64,000 nt of DNA from Thermoanaerobaculia bacterium (GCA_963816185.1 CAWFJJ010000024.1:416001-480000); one strand, 5' to 3'; counted from the stretch's first letter, positions 9,484 through 20,089 are shown. The notes: generated by a model from the sequence alone, not told the origin. Program-made: numbers and translations.

Positions 9484-10893
9484 TCATGTCGCCCTCTTCC
9501 TCCGGAACAGGAAGAACGCCGGGATGCCGAGGGCCACGATGACGAGGCCGCGCACGGTGAACGTCGGCTTGAAGATCACGAGGGCGATCGTCACGTAGAC
9601 GGTCGCGATGACGTAGAGGACGGGGATGACGCGGTCTCCGAGGGAGCGCGGCGCGAGGGCGGGATTCGTCCGTGCGAGCTTCCAGCGTCCGACGATCGTC
9701 GCGATGTAGAACATCAGGACCGTCGGAATGACGTAGTCCAGGAGGTCGCTGTACTTGCCCGAGAGGCACAGAAGAGCGGACCAGAGAAACTGCGCGGCGA
9801 GGGCGTTCACCGGGATCATCGTCTTCGGCGCGACCTCGCCGAAGGCCGGCAGGAAGAGGCCGTCGCGGGACATGGCATAGAGCACGCGCGAGCCGGACAG
9901 GATGAGGCCGTTGAGACAGCCGAACGTCGAGACGAGGATCACGCAGGCCATGATGAGCGCCGGCGTGCCGGTCTCCGCCGTACCGGAGACCGCGCCGATG
10001 GCGGCCGTGGCGACGCGGTCCTCGGGAGCGCCCGCGATGCCGGAGAGAGGGAGCGCGCTCAGGTATCCCACGTTCGCGAGGACGTAGAGGAGCGTCACGA
10101 GCCCGGTCCCGTACACGAGGGCTCTCGGGACGTTCGTCTCGGCGTCGCGCACCTCCTCTCCGAGGAACGTCACGTTGTTCCACGCGTCGGCCGAAAACAG
10201 AGATCCCACGGTCGCGACGGCGAAAGCCCAGAGGAGGGGAATCTTGAGGTCCCCTGCCGCGGGAAGCGCCCAGGAGACTCCCATGAGGTTTCCGCCGGCG
10301 ATGAAGCACACCGACAGGAGGCCGATGAGCGAGAGCACCTTGGCCGTCGTGAAGACGTTCTGCAGCCGCGCGCCGTTCTGGACGCTCGTCGTGTTCCACC
10401 AGGTGAGAAACGCGACCAGGAGAATCGCGATGATCTCCAGGGGCGTGATGCTGAGATACGCGGCCTTGAAGAAGACGTGCTTGCTCGAGATGGCCGGGAT
10501 GAGCACGCCGAGGTATTTCGCGAAGGCGACGGCCACGGCCGCGATCGTGCCCGTCTGGATGACGAGGAGGGCCGCCCAGCCGTAAAGAAATCCGCCGAGG
10601 TCGCCCCACGCCTCGCGCAGGTAGACGTACTGCCCGCCGGCTTTCGGGAAGGCCATGGCGAGCTTCCCGTAGCTCCAGGCGCCGGCCACCGTGACGAGCG
10701 CCGTGAAGACCCAGACGAGGAGGAGGAGGCTCGCGCTCTTGACCTGCCGCGCGATGTCGGCCGAGGTGATGAAGATGCCGGAGCCGATCATCGACCCCGC
10801 GACGATCGTCGTCGCGTCGACGAGGCCGAGCCTCCTGGGAAGCGTTTTGGGGAACGCCGGCTGCGTCGAGCCCGACTTCGTCATCGTTCCCAC
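9484..10893 (-). CDS. APC-family amino acid permease
   Basis: GSMIGSGIF, PKAGGQYVYLREAWG, about 12 hydrophobic segments. Confidence 0.93.
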   Translation of the reverse strand: MGTMTKSGSTQPAFPKTLPRRLGLVDATTIVAGSMIGSGIFITSADIARQVKSASLLLLVWVFTALVTVAGAWSYGKLAMAFPKAGGQYVYLREAWGDLGGFLYGWAALLVIQTGTIAAVAVAFAKYLGVLIPAISSKHVFFKAAYLSITPLEIIAILLVAFLTWWNTTSVQNGARLQNVFTTAKVLSLIGLLSVCFIAGGNLMGVSWALPAAGDLKIPLLWAFAVATVGSLFSADAWNNVTFLGEEVRDAETNVPRALVYGTGLVTLLYVLANVGYLSALPLSGIAGAPEDRVATAAIGAVSGTAETGTPALIMACVILVSTFGCLNGLILSGSRVLYAMSRDGLFLPAFGEVAPKTMIPVNALAAQFLWSALLCLSGKYSDLLDYVIPTVLMFYIATIVGRWKLARTNPALAPRSLGDRVIPVLYVIATVYVTIALVIFKPTFTVRGLVIVALGIPAFFLFRRKRAT

Positions 10894-10952
10894 GGGTCCC
10901 TCCTCAGGACTCGGTCGGGGAGATCGTCATGCGCGGGAGGCTCAGGAAGGCA

Positions 10953-10977
10953 ACGTCCCCGGTGTGACCGGGGACGT
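10953..10977 (-). terminator. Stem-loop downstream of the exbD genes, possible terminator
   Basis: Perfect 11-bp stem ACGTCCCCGGT-GTG-ACCGGGGACGT; U-tract is weak. Confidence 0.45.
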
Positions 10978-11016
10978 CGAGGCTCGCGGAAAAGGAGGGC
11001 GCTCGGGATCTCAAGC

Positions 11017-11466
11017 TCAGGGTGCCGCCGGCCCGGCCGGGTTGACCCAGTCCATGACGATGCCGATGTTCACTTTTTTGTCGCCGCTCCCGCTGTTCCG
11101 GACGACGTCCATGAGTTTCATCGCGTCGTCGTACTTGACGGAATCCTCGGCCGAGAAGAAGACGACCTTCGAGCTGCGGTTCCGCAGGATTTCCTGGAGG
11201 CGGACCGCGATGTTCGCCGGGTCGACCTTCTCCTTGTTCAGGTAGTACTCCCGGTTCGCGGTGAGCGACACGATGATCTGGTCCGTCGGCGGCGGAGTGT
11301 TCGGCGGCGTCGCGGGCGCGTTCGGAGGGACCTGCACGTCGTAGCCGCGCTGCAGCAGCGGCTGGACGACCATGAAGATGATGAGAAGGACGAGAACGAC
11401 GTCCACAAGCGGGGTGACGTTGATCTCCGACTTGGGTCCGTCCCCGCTTCCGACTCCCATGCTCAT
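11017..11466 (-). CDS. exbD: ExbD/TolR family protein
   Basis: SEINVTPLVDVVLVLLIIFMV. Confidence 0.92.
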   Translation of the reverse strand: MSMGVGSGDGPKSEINVTPLVDVVLVLLIIFMVVQPLLQRGYDVQVPPNAPATPPNTPPPTDQIIVSLTANREYYLNKEKVDPANIAVRLQEILRNRSSKVVFFSAEDSVKYDDAMKLMDVVRNSGSGDKKVNIGIVMDWVNPAGPAAP

Positions 11467-11477
11467 GGCTTGACTCC

Positions 11478-11900
11478 TTACTTGCTGTCCGGTTTCTTCT
11501 CGGTGATGAGGCCGACGCGCTCGAACCCGCCGTCTTTGATCATCCTCATGACGCTCTTGACGTCGCCGAAGTTCAGCGTCCGGTCGGCCTTGATGAGGAT
11601 GTCCTTGTTCGCCGAACGTTCTCCGATCTCTTTCATCTTCGCTTCGAAGTCCTTCGGGGGAAACCACTTCGTGTCGATGAAGATGGTTTTGTCGGACTGC
11701 ACGGAGACGATGAGCTCCTTGTCGGACTCGGGCTTCTTGTCGGGCCGGTCGGTCTGGGGGAGCGTCACGGCCTTGCCCTTCTGGAGCATCGGCGTCACGA
11801 CCATGAAAATGATGAGAAGGACGAGACACACGTCGACGAGCGGCGTCACGTTGATGTCGCTCTTCATGCTCTGGCGGCCGCCGTACTGATCCATGCCCAT
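11478..11900 (-). CDS. exbD: ExbD/TolR family protein
   Basis: SDINVTPLVDVCLVLLIIFMV, ILIKAD. Confidence 0.92.
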   Translation of the reverse strand: MGMDQYGGRQSMKSDINVTPLVDVCLVLLIIFMVVTPMLQKGKAVTLPQTDRPDKKPESDKELIVSVQSDKTIFIDTKWFPPKDFEAKMKEIGERSANKDILIKADRTLNFGDVKSVMRMIKDGGFERVGLITEKKPDSK

Positions 11901-11940
11901 GGGTGAACTCCTCGCTACCGAGACGAAAGGACGTCGGTCC

Positions 11941-12621
11941 TCACGCGGCCTTCGCCGCCTGGCGCTTCATGAAGTAATCGATGAGCTCGGAGGACGAGTT
12001 CGACATCTCGACCTGGAAGCGCTCGATCTTGTTGAGGAACAAGTTGTAGAGCCACACCGCCGGAATGGCGACGAAGAGGCCGAGAGCGGTCGTGACGAGT
12101 GCTTCCGCGATGCCGGCCGACACGGACCCGAGGCCGCCGGCGCCGGACGCGGCCATGCCCCGGAAGGCGTTGATGATGCCGATGACGGTGCCGAGAAGGC
12201 CGATGAACGGCGCCGTCGTCGCGATCGTGGCGAGACCGCCGAGGCCCTTCTTGAGGTCCGCCGTGGTCATCATGGAAGCGCGTTCGATCGCGCGCTCCGC
12301 GGCTGCGACGGTGTCGTGCCCCTGTGCGCCCGCGCCGTGCGCCTCGTAGGCGAACTCCAGGAGCCCCGCGGACACGACCTTCGCCACGTGGCTGTTCTTG
12401 TATTTCTTGGCGAGGTCGATCGCCTCCCTGAGCTTGTCCTGCTTCAGGAGCTGGCCAACCTCGAGGGCGAACTTGACCGACTGCGTCTTCGCCTTCTGGA
12501 AGGTCAGCCACCGCTCGACCGACACGGCGAGCGAGTAGACGGAAAGCAGGCAGAGCAGGATGAAGATCGCCATTGCAGGCGGCGACATCGTCTTGATCAG
12601 CCCCATCAGACTCATATCCAT
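11941..12621 (-). CDS. exbB: MotA/TolQ/ExbB proton channel protein
   Basis: LATIATTAPFIGLLGTVIGI, GIAEALVTTALGLFVAIPA. Confidence 0.94.
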   Translation of the reverse strand: MDMSLMGLIKTMSPPAMAIFILLCLLSVYSLAVSVERWLTFQKAKTQSVKFALEVGQLLKQDKLREAIDLAKKYKNSHVAKVVSAGLLEFAYEAHGAGAQGHDTVAAAERAIERASMMTTADLKKGLGGLATIATTAPFIGLLGTVIGIINAFRGMAASGAGGLGSVSAGIAEALVTTALGLFVAIPAVWLYNLFLNKIERFQVEMSNSSSELIDYFMKRQAAKAA

Positions 12622-12701
12622 TTGAAATGTCCTCCTTGCGTTACCGAGCGGAGCTCGTGATTTCTCGCGTTTCTATTCTATTTCGAGGGGCCTCCGCCGC
12701 C

Positions 12702-13436
12702 TTACTGGAGCGTAAAGGTGACGGTGACCGTCAGATAGACCGGAACCGGCCGTCCGTTGAAAGTGGCCGGCTTGTATTTCCATTGCGAGACCGCGCGAAT
12801 CGCCGCGCTGTCGAGGAGCGGGTTCAGACCCCGGAGCACGCGGACGGACTCGACGTCGCCAGTTTTCGTGATGATGGCCTCGAGGATGCAGACGCCCTGC
12901 ATCCGGGCCTTGCGGGCCGCCTCGGGATACGACGGCTTCACGCGCGAGATCTCGATCGGCTCCTTGACCTCGCCGCCGACGCGGAGAGGCTCTTCCCCGA
13001 CCCCGCCGAGCATTCCGCCTTTGACGCCCCCGAGGACGCCGCCCATGACGCCGCCCGCGACGCCTCCCTCGACTCCGCCTTCCACGCCGCCTTCCACGCC
13101 GGTGTTCTCAGGCTCCGGGGCGCTCGTCGGCGGCGGAAGCGTATCCGGAACGACGACGGGCGATGTCACTTGGGACGGCTTGACGGGCTCGACCTTCTGC
13201 GTCGGCTTCACGGCTGCGGCCTTCGGGGGTGGCGGCGGGGGCGGCGGCGGGGGAGCCTGCTGGGAATAGAACTGCACCGGGATCGGCGGCTCGGGAATGT
13301 CCTCGATGAACCACATCGAGGCGCCGACCGCGGTCCCGATGACGATCACGTGGATGAGCACCGAGAGCGGCAGCGTGTACCAGCGCTGGGCGCTACCCTT
13401 GTGCTTCCCGGATTCGATGAGCGAGGCTTCGAACAT
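12702..13436 (-). CDS. tonB: TonB family energy transducer
   Basis: N-terminal TM with SVLIH, Pro-rich linker, GVEGG repeats, YPEAARKARMQG...WKYKPA C-terminal domain. Confidence 0.92.
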   Translation of the reverse strand: MFEASLIESGKHKGSAQRWYTLPLSVLIHVIVIGTAVGASMWFIEDIPEPPIPVQFYSQQAPPPPPPPPPPKAAAVKPTQKVEPVKPSQVTSPVVVPDTLPPPTSAPEPENTGVEGGVEGGVEGGVAGGVMGGVLGGVKGGMLGGVGEEPLRVGGEVKEPIEISRVKPSYPEAARKARMQGVCILEAIITKTGDVESVRVLRGLNPLLDSAAIRAVSQWKYKPATFNGRPVPVYLTVTVTFTLQ

Positions 13437-13454
13437 GCGTGCTCTCCTGGCTCC

Positions 13455-14351
13455 CTACATCGCCTCGAGCGGATTCTTCTTGGCCTGCTCGACGCGCTGC
13501 TTCTCCTGGATCTTCTTCCTGATCTCGAGCGCCTTCTGCTGCCATTCGGTCGCCTTCGCGTTCAGCTCCGCGACTTTCGCGGGGTCCGATTCGATGCGCG
13601 CGTACTGCCGGTAGAGCAGGTTCTTGTAGAGCATGGCCTCGAAATAGTCCGGGTTGAGCTGGATCGCCCTGTCGAGCTGAGCCATGCCGAAATCGAGGAT
13701 CTCCTTCCGCTTCTCGGGCGTCAGGCCCTTGTCGGGGGAGATGTCGACGCCCACGGTGTTGTAGGACTTGTCCCACGCCGTGACGCCCATCGTGTAGAAG
13801 ACCTCGGCGTTGTTCGGCTCCATCTCGCCTCGTTTCTTCTGCCACAGGATGGAGTTCTCGTAATCGCCCTGCTTTGCGTAGAGCATCGCGATCGTCTGAA
13901 CGGCCTGCGAATCCTGGGGGTGCTTCTCCAGGAGCTCCTTGAAGTACTTGATCGCCTCGTCGTACTTCTGGGCGTTCATGTACGTCGTGACGAGGAAGCG
14001 CGCGGCCTTCTCGTCATCGGGCTTGGCGGCGAGGTATTTCTTGAAGTGCTCGATCGACCGGTTCAGGGCCTCGATGTCTTTCGGGTGCGTGGAGCCGGGG
14101 TTATAGAGGGCCATGTAGCCCATCGCGACGAACTTGTCGAGGCGAACTTCGGTGGGATCGAGGGCCTGGGCCGCTTCGTACTTCTTCAGGGCGTCTTCGT
14201 AGAGCTGCTCCTTGAAGTACGCGTTTCCCTCCCGGATGAGCTGTTTGCTCTTGAACTTGTCGCAGCCCGCGACGGAGAGCGACAGCACGGCGAGACCGGC
14301 CGCGGCGATTCGCCGGACCGTTCGTCCCCTGCCGGTCAGATTTCCCGTCAT
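13455..14351 (-). CDS. TPR lipoprotein leading the tonB-exbB-exbD-exbD operon
   Basis: AAAGGAG Shine-Dalgarno, lipobox SVAGC, TPR repeats. Confidence 0.8.
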   Translation of the reverse strand: MTGNLTGRGRTVRRIAAAGLAVLSLSVAGCDKFKSKQLIREGNAYFKEQLYEDALKKYEAAQALDPTEVRLDKFVAMGYMALYNPGSTHPKDIEALNRSIEHFKKYLAAKPDDEKAARFLVTTYMNAQKYDEAIKYFKELLEKHPQDSQAVQTIAMLYAKQGDYENSILWQKKRGEMEPNNAEVFYTMGVTAWDKSYNTVGVDISPDKGLTPEKRKEILDFGMAQLDRAIQLNPDYFEAMLYKNLLYRQYARIESDPAKVAELNAKATEWQQKALEIRKKIQEKQRVEQAKKNPLEAM

Positions 14352-14428
14352 CGCCCGTTCACTCCTTTCGGTCTCACGCCGCCTCGCGTTCGTCTCACGC
14401 CGCTCCCTTGGACCGCCTGGCAACGCAT

Positions 14429-15007
14429 CTAGTTCCCGTGCGGCCTGACGACTCCCCCCGAAACGACGAGCTTGATCCCCTCCTCCACCGTGAGGCGGGG
14501 GTCGAGAATATCGCTTTCCTTCGCGAATATCAGGAAACCGCTCGTCGGGTTCAGCGCGGTCGGAACGTAGATCGAAAGCGTGCTCGCGTCGAGTGAGCCG
14601 ATTCCGCTTCCCGTCACGAATCCCAACGCAAAGGTCCCTTTCTGAGGAAATTCGACAAGAACGACTCGCTGGAAGGCACGACGGCCGCCCGGCGACACAG
14701 CCTCGACCAGTTGCTTCGAGGCGGTATAGACCGTCTTGACGAGGGGGAGATTCTCCAAGAGGCGGCCGAAAAGTTCAAGGACTTTCTTCCCGATGAGATT
14801 CGAGGAGAGAAGGCCGGTCAGCCAGATGACGACGATCGTGAGAATGAGCCCCAGGCCAGGGATGGCCCGGCCCACGAGGCGCTCGGCCAGGGGCTGGCTG
14901 AAGCCGTCGATCACGTTGAAGACGAAGCGGATGACGACCGCGGTCACGACGAGCGGAACGAGCACGAGAAGCCCGGCAGTGAGGTGGCGACGGACCCGGA
15001 AAGGCAT
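14429..15007 (-). CDS. DUF502 family membrane protein
   Basis: LTAGLLVLVP, LPLVKTVY, VVLVEFP, YVPTALNPTSGF, EEGIKLVVSGG. Confidence 0.88.
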   Translation of the reverse strand: MPFRVRRHLTAGLLVLVPLVVTAVVIRFVFNVIDGFSQPLAERLVGRAIPGLGLILTIVVIWLTGLLSSNLIGKKVLELFGRLLENLPLVKTVYTASKQLVEAVSPGGRRAFQRVVLVEFPQKGTFALGFVTGSGIGSLDASTLSIYVPTALNPTSGFLIFAKESDILDPRLTVEEGIKLVVSGGVVRPHGN

Positions 15008-15047
15008 CGGAGCGGGATTCTATCCGTGCGCCCCTTACAATCCGGTC

Positions 15048-16771
15048 ATGTCGATTCGCCCCTCTTCTCTCCTTCGGGTCTCGCTCCTCCTCTTCGTCGC
15101 CGCGCTCGTCGGGCCGTCCGCCCCGTCCCAGGTTCCGACCGGCAAGCCCGAGACGCCGGCGGGAGGATTCGTCGCCCGCGAGGCGATCACCGTGACGAGC
15201 CTCGACGTCGTCGTGACCGACTCGAAGGGAAATCGGGTCACGGGCCTGAAGAAAGAGGATTTCGTCGTCGTCGAGGACAACCTCGAGCAGACGATCACGA
15301 ACTTCTCTCCGGTGGAGCAGGGCCGATTCGTCCTGCCCGCCGAGGAGACTCCGCCGGCGCCCGCGCCGCTGCTCCGGCTCCCACCCCGGCCCCGGCACCC
15401 GAGAAGACGCTCAGGACGCGGATCGTCATCTTCGTGGACAACCTTCACCTCTCGCCGGGTGACCGGAACCGCGTCCTGAGAAGCGTCGAGACCTTCGTCC
15501 GCGAGAACGTCAAGGGCAACGTCGAGGGCATGATCGTCGCCTGGAACCGGTCGTTGAAGATCCGGAGAAAGTTCACGAACGACGGCCGCGACCTGTCCGA
15601 CGTCCTCAGGCAGCTCGAGGACGAGAGCGCTCTCGGTCAGCAGGCCATCTCCGACCGGCGGGACGTGATCCAGGCGATCGACGACTCGACGAGCGCGGAC
15701 CAGGCGGAGGGCCGCGTGCGGTCGTACTGCCAGTCGCTAGACAACGACCTGAACTTCACGATCGACGCGATGAAGACGACGATCAACCAGCTCGCCGGCG
15801 TCGAAGGCCGCAAGATCCTCATCCACGTGTCCGGCGGCCTGCCGCAGTCCCCGGGGGCGGAGCTGTGGAAATACGTCTCCGACAAGTACAGCGGTGCCGC
15901 GACCCAGGGCATGTCGCAGTTCGAGTTCGATCGGACCACGAAGTACCTTTCCGTCGTGCAGGCGGCGAACGCCTCGGGCGTGTCGATCTACACGATCGAC
16001 GCGTCGGGCCTCACGGTGGATTCGAACATCTCGGCCGAGAACCGCACCACGTCCCAGCGCCTCGACACGTTCACCGAGAAGAACAACCTCCAGTCGATGC
16101 TCAGCCTCATGGCCGAGGAGACGGGCGGTGAGGCCATCCTGAACAAGAACGACGTCATCGGCGCCCTCAAGAACATCGAGAAGGACTACACGTCGTATTA
16201 CTGGATCGGCTACCGAAGTCTCAGGACCGGGCTCGACCGCCCGCACAAGGTCGAGGTCAAGGTGAAGAAGAAGGGCCTGATCGTGCGCGCGCGCCGCAGC
16301 TATCTCGAGAAGGGCATCGAGACGAAGGTGCGCGAGGCCGTCACCTCGGCGCTGTTCTTCCCCCGCGACGACAATCCCCTTGCGGTTGGCCTCGAAATCG
16401 GCAAGCCCGTGCCGGCCGACCGCGAGAACTTCGCGGTCCCGGTGGAAATCCGGATTCCCTACTCGCGCCTTGCCATGCTGCCGGAGGGCTCGAAGGTGCG
16501 CGGCCGCGTCGTCTTCTACTTCGTCGTCATCGATTCGTCGGAAAAGCAGTCGGAGCTCACGACGCAGCCCGTCCCGATCGACGTCGATGCGAAGAAATTC
16601 GACGCCCTCGCCCGCAAGGACTTCATCTACGACGTGAAGCTCATCATGATTCCCGGCGGCCAGAAGCTCTCGATCGCGGTTCGCGACGACATCACGAACC
16701 AAACGAGCTATATCCAGAGGTCCATCTTCGTCTCGGCCTTCTCCGGCGAGGAAGCCGCACCCCGGAAGTGA
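15048..16771 (+). CDS. Acidobacterial-type VWFA domain protein (secreted); apparent frameshift near 15370
   Basis: Signal peptide and LDVVVTDSKGNRVTGLKKEDF in one frame; IVIFVDNL, GRKILIHVSGG, LMAEETGG, YYWIGY in the next frame after a Pro/Ala-rich linker. Confidence 0.85.
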
Positions 16772-17469
16772 GGCCAAGCCAGGCCGTGAACGCACCGGTC
16801 AAGCGCTTCGTTCTGTTCGCGCGCGAGCCCGTACGAGGACGCGTGAAGACACGCCTCGCCCGCGAGATCGGGGCCGATGCCGCCGCGTCGCTCTACGAAG
16901 CGTTCCTTTCCGACCTGGCCGCCTCGCTGACGGCGCCTGAACGGTGGGAAGCGGTGCTCGCGCACGCGGAGCCGGAGGCGGGGCCGTTCCTCAGAAAGAC
17001 GTTTCCCGATCCGTGGTCACTCGTCCCGCAGGGCGACGGGTGTCTCGGAGAGCGTCTGTTTCACGCCTTCGGGAGAGGCCGAGATGGGGACGACGTCCTC
17101 GTCGCGGGAAGCGACGCCCCGACGCTTTCCCGCGCGAACCTCGAGGCCGCATTCCGGGCTCTACGGGAGGGCGCGGACGTCGTCTTCGCCCCCGCGCCGG
17201 ACGGTGGGTTCTCGCTCGTGGGTCGACGCGGCGACTCGGGTGCCGGGGATTTCTTCGAAGGTGTTCGATGGTCCACCGCCTACGCGCTCGAGGATTGCCG
17301 GAGCGCCGCGGAGGTACGCGGGTTCCGGGTCCGGCTCGTCGAAGAAATCTCCGACGTCGACACGAGCGCGGACCTCGAGGCTCTGGAGGCGGCCCTCGCG
17401 GCCGACCCGGATCTCGCCCCCGCGACGCGCCGGGCGCTCCTCGCGCTGTTCGGGCGGAGCGTCGGGTGA
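16768..17469 (+). CDS. DUF2064 / TIGR04282-family glycosyltransferase-like protein
   Basis: FAREPVRGRVKTRLA, QGDG.LGERL, GSDAPTL, PAPDGGF, DVDT. Confidence 0.85.
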   Translation: MRPSQAVNAPVKRFVLFAREPVRGRVKTRLAREIGADAAASLYEAFLSDLAASLTAPERWEAVLAHAEPEAGPFLRKTFPDPWSLVPQGDGCLGERLFHAFGRGRDGDDVLVAGSDAPTLSRANLEAAFRALREGADVVFAPAPDGGFSLVGRRGDSGAGDFFEGVRWSTAYALEDCRSAAEVRGFRVRLVEEISDVDTSADLEALEAALAADPDLAPATRRALLALFGRSVG

Positions 17470-18971
17470 AGGTCCTCACGTCGGAGGCTGCTCGGGCCCT
17501 GGACGCGCGGACGATCGCAGCCGGCACGCCCGGACTCGTTCTCATGAAGCGAGCCGCCGCGGCGCTCCTGCGGGAGATCGCGGGCGTCGTCGCGCGCCGC
17601 ACCTCTCGCGGCGCACGCGTCGTCGTTCTGGCGGGCCCCGGCAACAACGGAGGGGATGGTTTCGAGGCCGCGCGCCTTCTCCAGGCCGCGCACGTCGGGG
17701 GAAACGTCGAGACGCTGCTTTTCGGGGCGCCTGCGCATCTGAGCCTGGACGCCCGCAAGACCCATCAACGCCTCGAGAAGGCGGGAGGGGCGATCCGCGA
17801 GGTGACGAAGGAACCCGACCTCGAGCCTCTCAGAACGGCGACGCTCGTCGTGGACGCGCTCTTCGGCACGGGCCTGAAGAGGCCCATCTCGCCGGACGGA
17901 CTTCCGGCGCGCGCCGTGCGTCTCGTCGCGGAGGGGCGGGCGTTCGTGGTCGCGGTCGACGTGCCCTCGGGCCTCTCGGCGGATGAGTCGCTCCCGTGGT
18001 CTCCGGCCGTACGCGCCGACCTCACCGTCACGTTCGGATACCCGAAGCCGTGTCACGTGCGCCTGCCGGCCGCGGCGCTGTGCGGGCGGATGTCCGTCGC
18101 CGGCCTCGGCTTTCTTCCCCTCGAGGAGGAAAGCGGGTCCGCAGGTGACGCCGTCTGTGCTCAGGACGTCGCGAGACTCTTCCCGCGGCGCGAGGCGGCG
18201 GCGCACAAGGGCACGTTCGGGCGTCTGCTCGTGGTGGGGGGCTCGGAGGGCATGGCGGGGGCGCCCGCCCTCGCCGCGCGCGGAGCGCACCGGTCAGGCG
18301 TCGGCCTCGTCAGCGTTTTCGCCCCGGATTCCGTGCGCGCCGTCGTGCACGCGCTCAGCCCCGAGACGACGACGGCTGGCGCCGATGTCGACGTGGGGCG
18401 CTTCGACGCCCTCGCGGTCGGGCCCGGGCTCGGCGCGTCGACGGCCGCGCGCGCGCTCCTTCAGCGCACGGCGGCGGCCCGCCTCCCGGCGGTCTTCGAC
18501 GCGGACGCGCTCAACCTTGCCGGAGAGGCCGCGTACTTCGCCTCGCGCGCCGCACCGACGATTCTCACGCCCCACGCCGGGGAGGCCGGTCGCCTCCTCG
18601 GCCTCGACGCCGCGCGCGTGAACGCGGATCGCGAGGCCGCGGTGCGCGAGATTGCCTCGCGTGCGAGGGCGGTCGTCATCCTGAAGGGGTTCCGGCCGCT
18701 CGTGGCCTCGCCGACGGGCCAGATCGTGACCGTCCTCGCGGGAAACCCCGCGCTCGCCTCCGGGGGGACGGGCGACGTTCTGACCGGCGTCGTCGGGGCA
18801 TGTCTCGCGCGAGGCCTCGACGCCTTCGACGCGGCCTGCGCAGCCGCGTGGCTTCACGGGACGGCAGGTGACTTCGTGCGGGAGGTCAGAGGGGAGGAGT
18901 CTCTTTCGGCGTCCGACGTCGTGGAAGCGCTCCCGGAGGCTTTCTTCGAGGCGCAAGAGAGCGTCGGGTGA
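17466..18971 (+). CDS. nnr: Bifunctional NAD(P)H-hydrate epimerase/dehydratase
   Basis: GPGNNGGDG, VDALFGTG, DVPSG, HKGTFG, GPGLG, TPHAGE, GGTGDVLTG. Confidence 0.95.
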   Translation: MKVLTSEAARALDARTIAAGTPGLVLMKRAAAALLREIAGVVARRTSRGARVVVLAGPGNNGGDGFEAARLLQAAHVGGNVETLLFGAPAHLSLDARKTHQRLEKAGGAIREVTKEPDLEPLRTATLVVDALFGTGLKRPISPDGLPARAVRLVAEGRAFVVAVDVPSGLSADESLPWSPAVRADLTVTFGYPKPCHVRLPAAALCGRMSVAGLGFLPLEEESGSAGDAVCAQDVARLFPRREAAAHKGTFGRLLVVGGSEGMAGAPALAARGAHRSGVGLVSVFAPDSVRAVVHALSPETTTAGADVDVGRFDALAVGPGLGASTAARALLQRTAAARLPAVFDADALNLAGEAAYFASRAAPTILTPHAGEAGRLLGLDAARVNADREAAVREIASRARAVVILKGFRPLVASPTGQIVTVLAGNPALASGGTGDVLTGVVGACLARGLDAFDAACAAAWLHGTAGDFVREVRGEESLSASDVVEALPEAFFEAQESVG

Positions 18972-19405
18972 CGTCGCAGGTCTCTTCCAGCGAAGAGGAG
19001 ACGAGGCGCCTCGGGGAAGGTCTCGCGCACCGTCTCGCCCCGGGCGACGTCGTGCTCGTCGAAGGAGACCTCGGGGCCGGCAAGACCGCTTTCGTCAAAG
19101 GGATCGCGGCAGGGCTCGGCCTCGACCCGGAAGACGTGTCGTCTCCGAGCTTCGCGCTCGTGCACGAGTACGGGCCGGCGGGGAAGCCTCCCGTCCTCGT
19201 TCACGGCGACCTCTACCGCGTCCTTCCGGGGGCGTCGATCGCGGATCTCGACCTCGAAGGGCGGGAGAACGCGATTCTCGCGGTCGAATGGCCGCGCCCG
19301 CCGCTCTCCGAGCAGCGGGCGTGGCGCGTCGTGCTGCGCATCGAGCCCGACGGGTCGCGCACGGTCCACGTCGAGCCTCCGGGGAGGCTGTCCCCCTCTC
19401 CGTGA
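18968..19405 (+). CDS. tsaE: tRNA threonylcarbamoyladenosine biosynthesis ATPase
   Basis: GDLGAGKT, VSSPSF, H.DLYR, VEW; follows nnr as usual. Confidence 0.93.
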   Translation: MTSQVSSSEEETRRLGEGLAHRLAPGDVVLVEGDLGAGKTAFVKGIAAGLGLDPEDVSSPSFALVHEYGPAGKPPVLVHGDLYRVLPGASIADLDLEGRENAILAVEWPRPPLSEQRAWRVVLRIEPDGSRTVHVEPPGRLSPSP

Positions 19406-19408
19406 GAC

Positions 19409-20089
19409 TCAGAAGGCGAAGACGAGCCCTCCGGTGACCTCTCCGTTGTACGACCAGTTTCTCCCGCGCCGGTCGCTGCAGAAGTCGTCGTGGCCGCAGG
19501 AGAAGTCGTTGCGGTCGTCGGTCAGGTTGATGGCCCTGTAGCGGCCGTCGATCCGGAGCCCGACGCGTGGCACGAAGAAGAACTTCCCTCCGACCGAGAC
19601 GTTCGCCGTGAAACGACCCGTTTGGGACGGATCTATCCCCGGGACGTCGCGCTTCAGGACCGCGGAGCCGGCCCCGATGCCGAAGTAGCCGACGGCGCGC
19701 CGCCGCCCGAAATTGAAGAGGGCGTTCCCCTCGTAGACGTTCTGTCGCAAAGTGCCGACCTTGAGATTTCGCGGAACGGAGCCGAAGAAGTCGGGGGAGC
19801 GGAGGTCGGCGCGCGAAGAGGTCCAGTCGACTTCGAAAGCGAAGTGGCGCGTGATGTTGTACGCGAGGCGCGCGCCATACGCGAAATCGTCGTCCGGCTC
19901 GAGGAAACGGACGTTGGATACCGTGCCGGACGTGAAGGGAACCGTGTAATTACCGTAAAGGCGCCCGCCAAAGTAGCCGCCCGCGAACGGCGAGATCTCC
20001 CACGTGCCGGTGCGGTCCTGGGCGGCCGCCGGCGGCGCGGCCATCCAACAAATACCGATGAACGCGGCGAAGACGAGAAAGCGACGCAT
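19409..20089 (-). CDS. Outer membrane beta-barrel protein
   Basis: Signal peptide, alternating beta-strand pattern, C-terminal Phe (GLVFAF). Confidence 0.8.
   Translation of the reverse strand: MRRFLVFAAFIGICWMAAPPAAAQDRTGTWEISPFAGGYFGGRLYGNYTVPFTSGTVSNVRFLEPDDDFAYGARLAYNITRHFAFEVDWTSSRADLRSPDFFGSVPRNLKVGTLRQNVYEGNALFNFGRRRAVGYFGIGAGSAVLKRDVPGIDPSQTGRFTANVSVGGKFFFVPRVGLRIDGRYRAINLTDDRNDFSCGHDDFCSDRRGRNWSYNGEVTGGLVFAF

Noticed and set aside
13020-13105. Tandem repeats in tonB
   Set aside because: They encode the GVEGG/GVxGG repeats usual in this TonB type.
14371-14402. GTCTCACGCCG direct repeat upstream of the TPR-tonB operon
   Set aside because: Only two short GC-rich copies; cannot be distinguished from a chance local duplication.
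15355-15385. Programmed frameshift in the VWFA gene
   Set aside because: The break is in a GC-rich Pro/Ala linker with no slippery sequence; a single-base sequencing indel is more likely.
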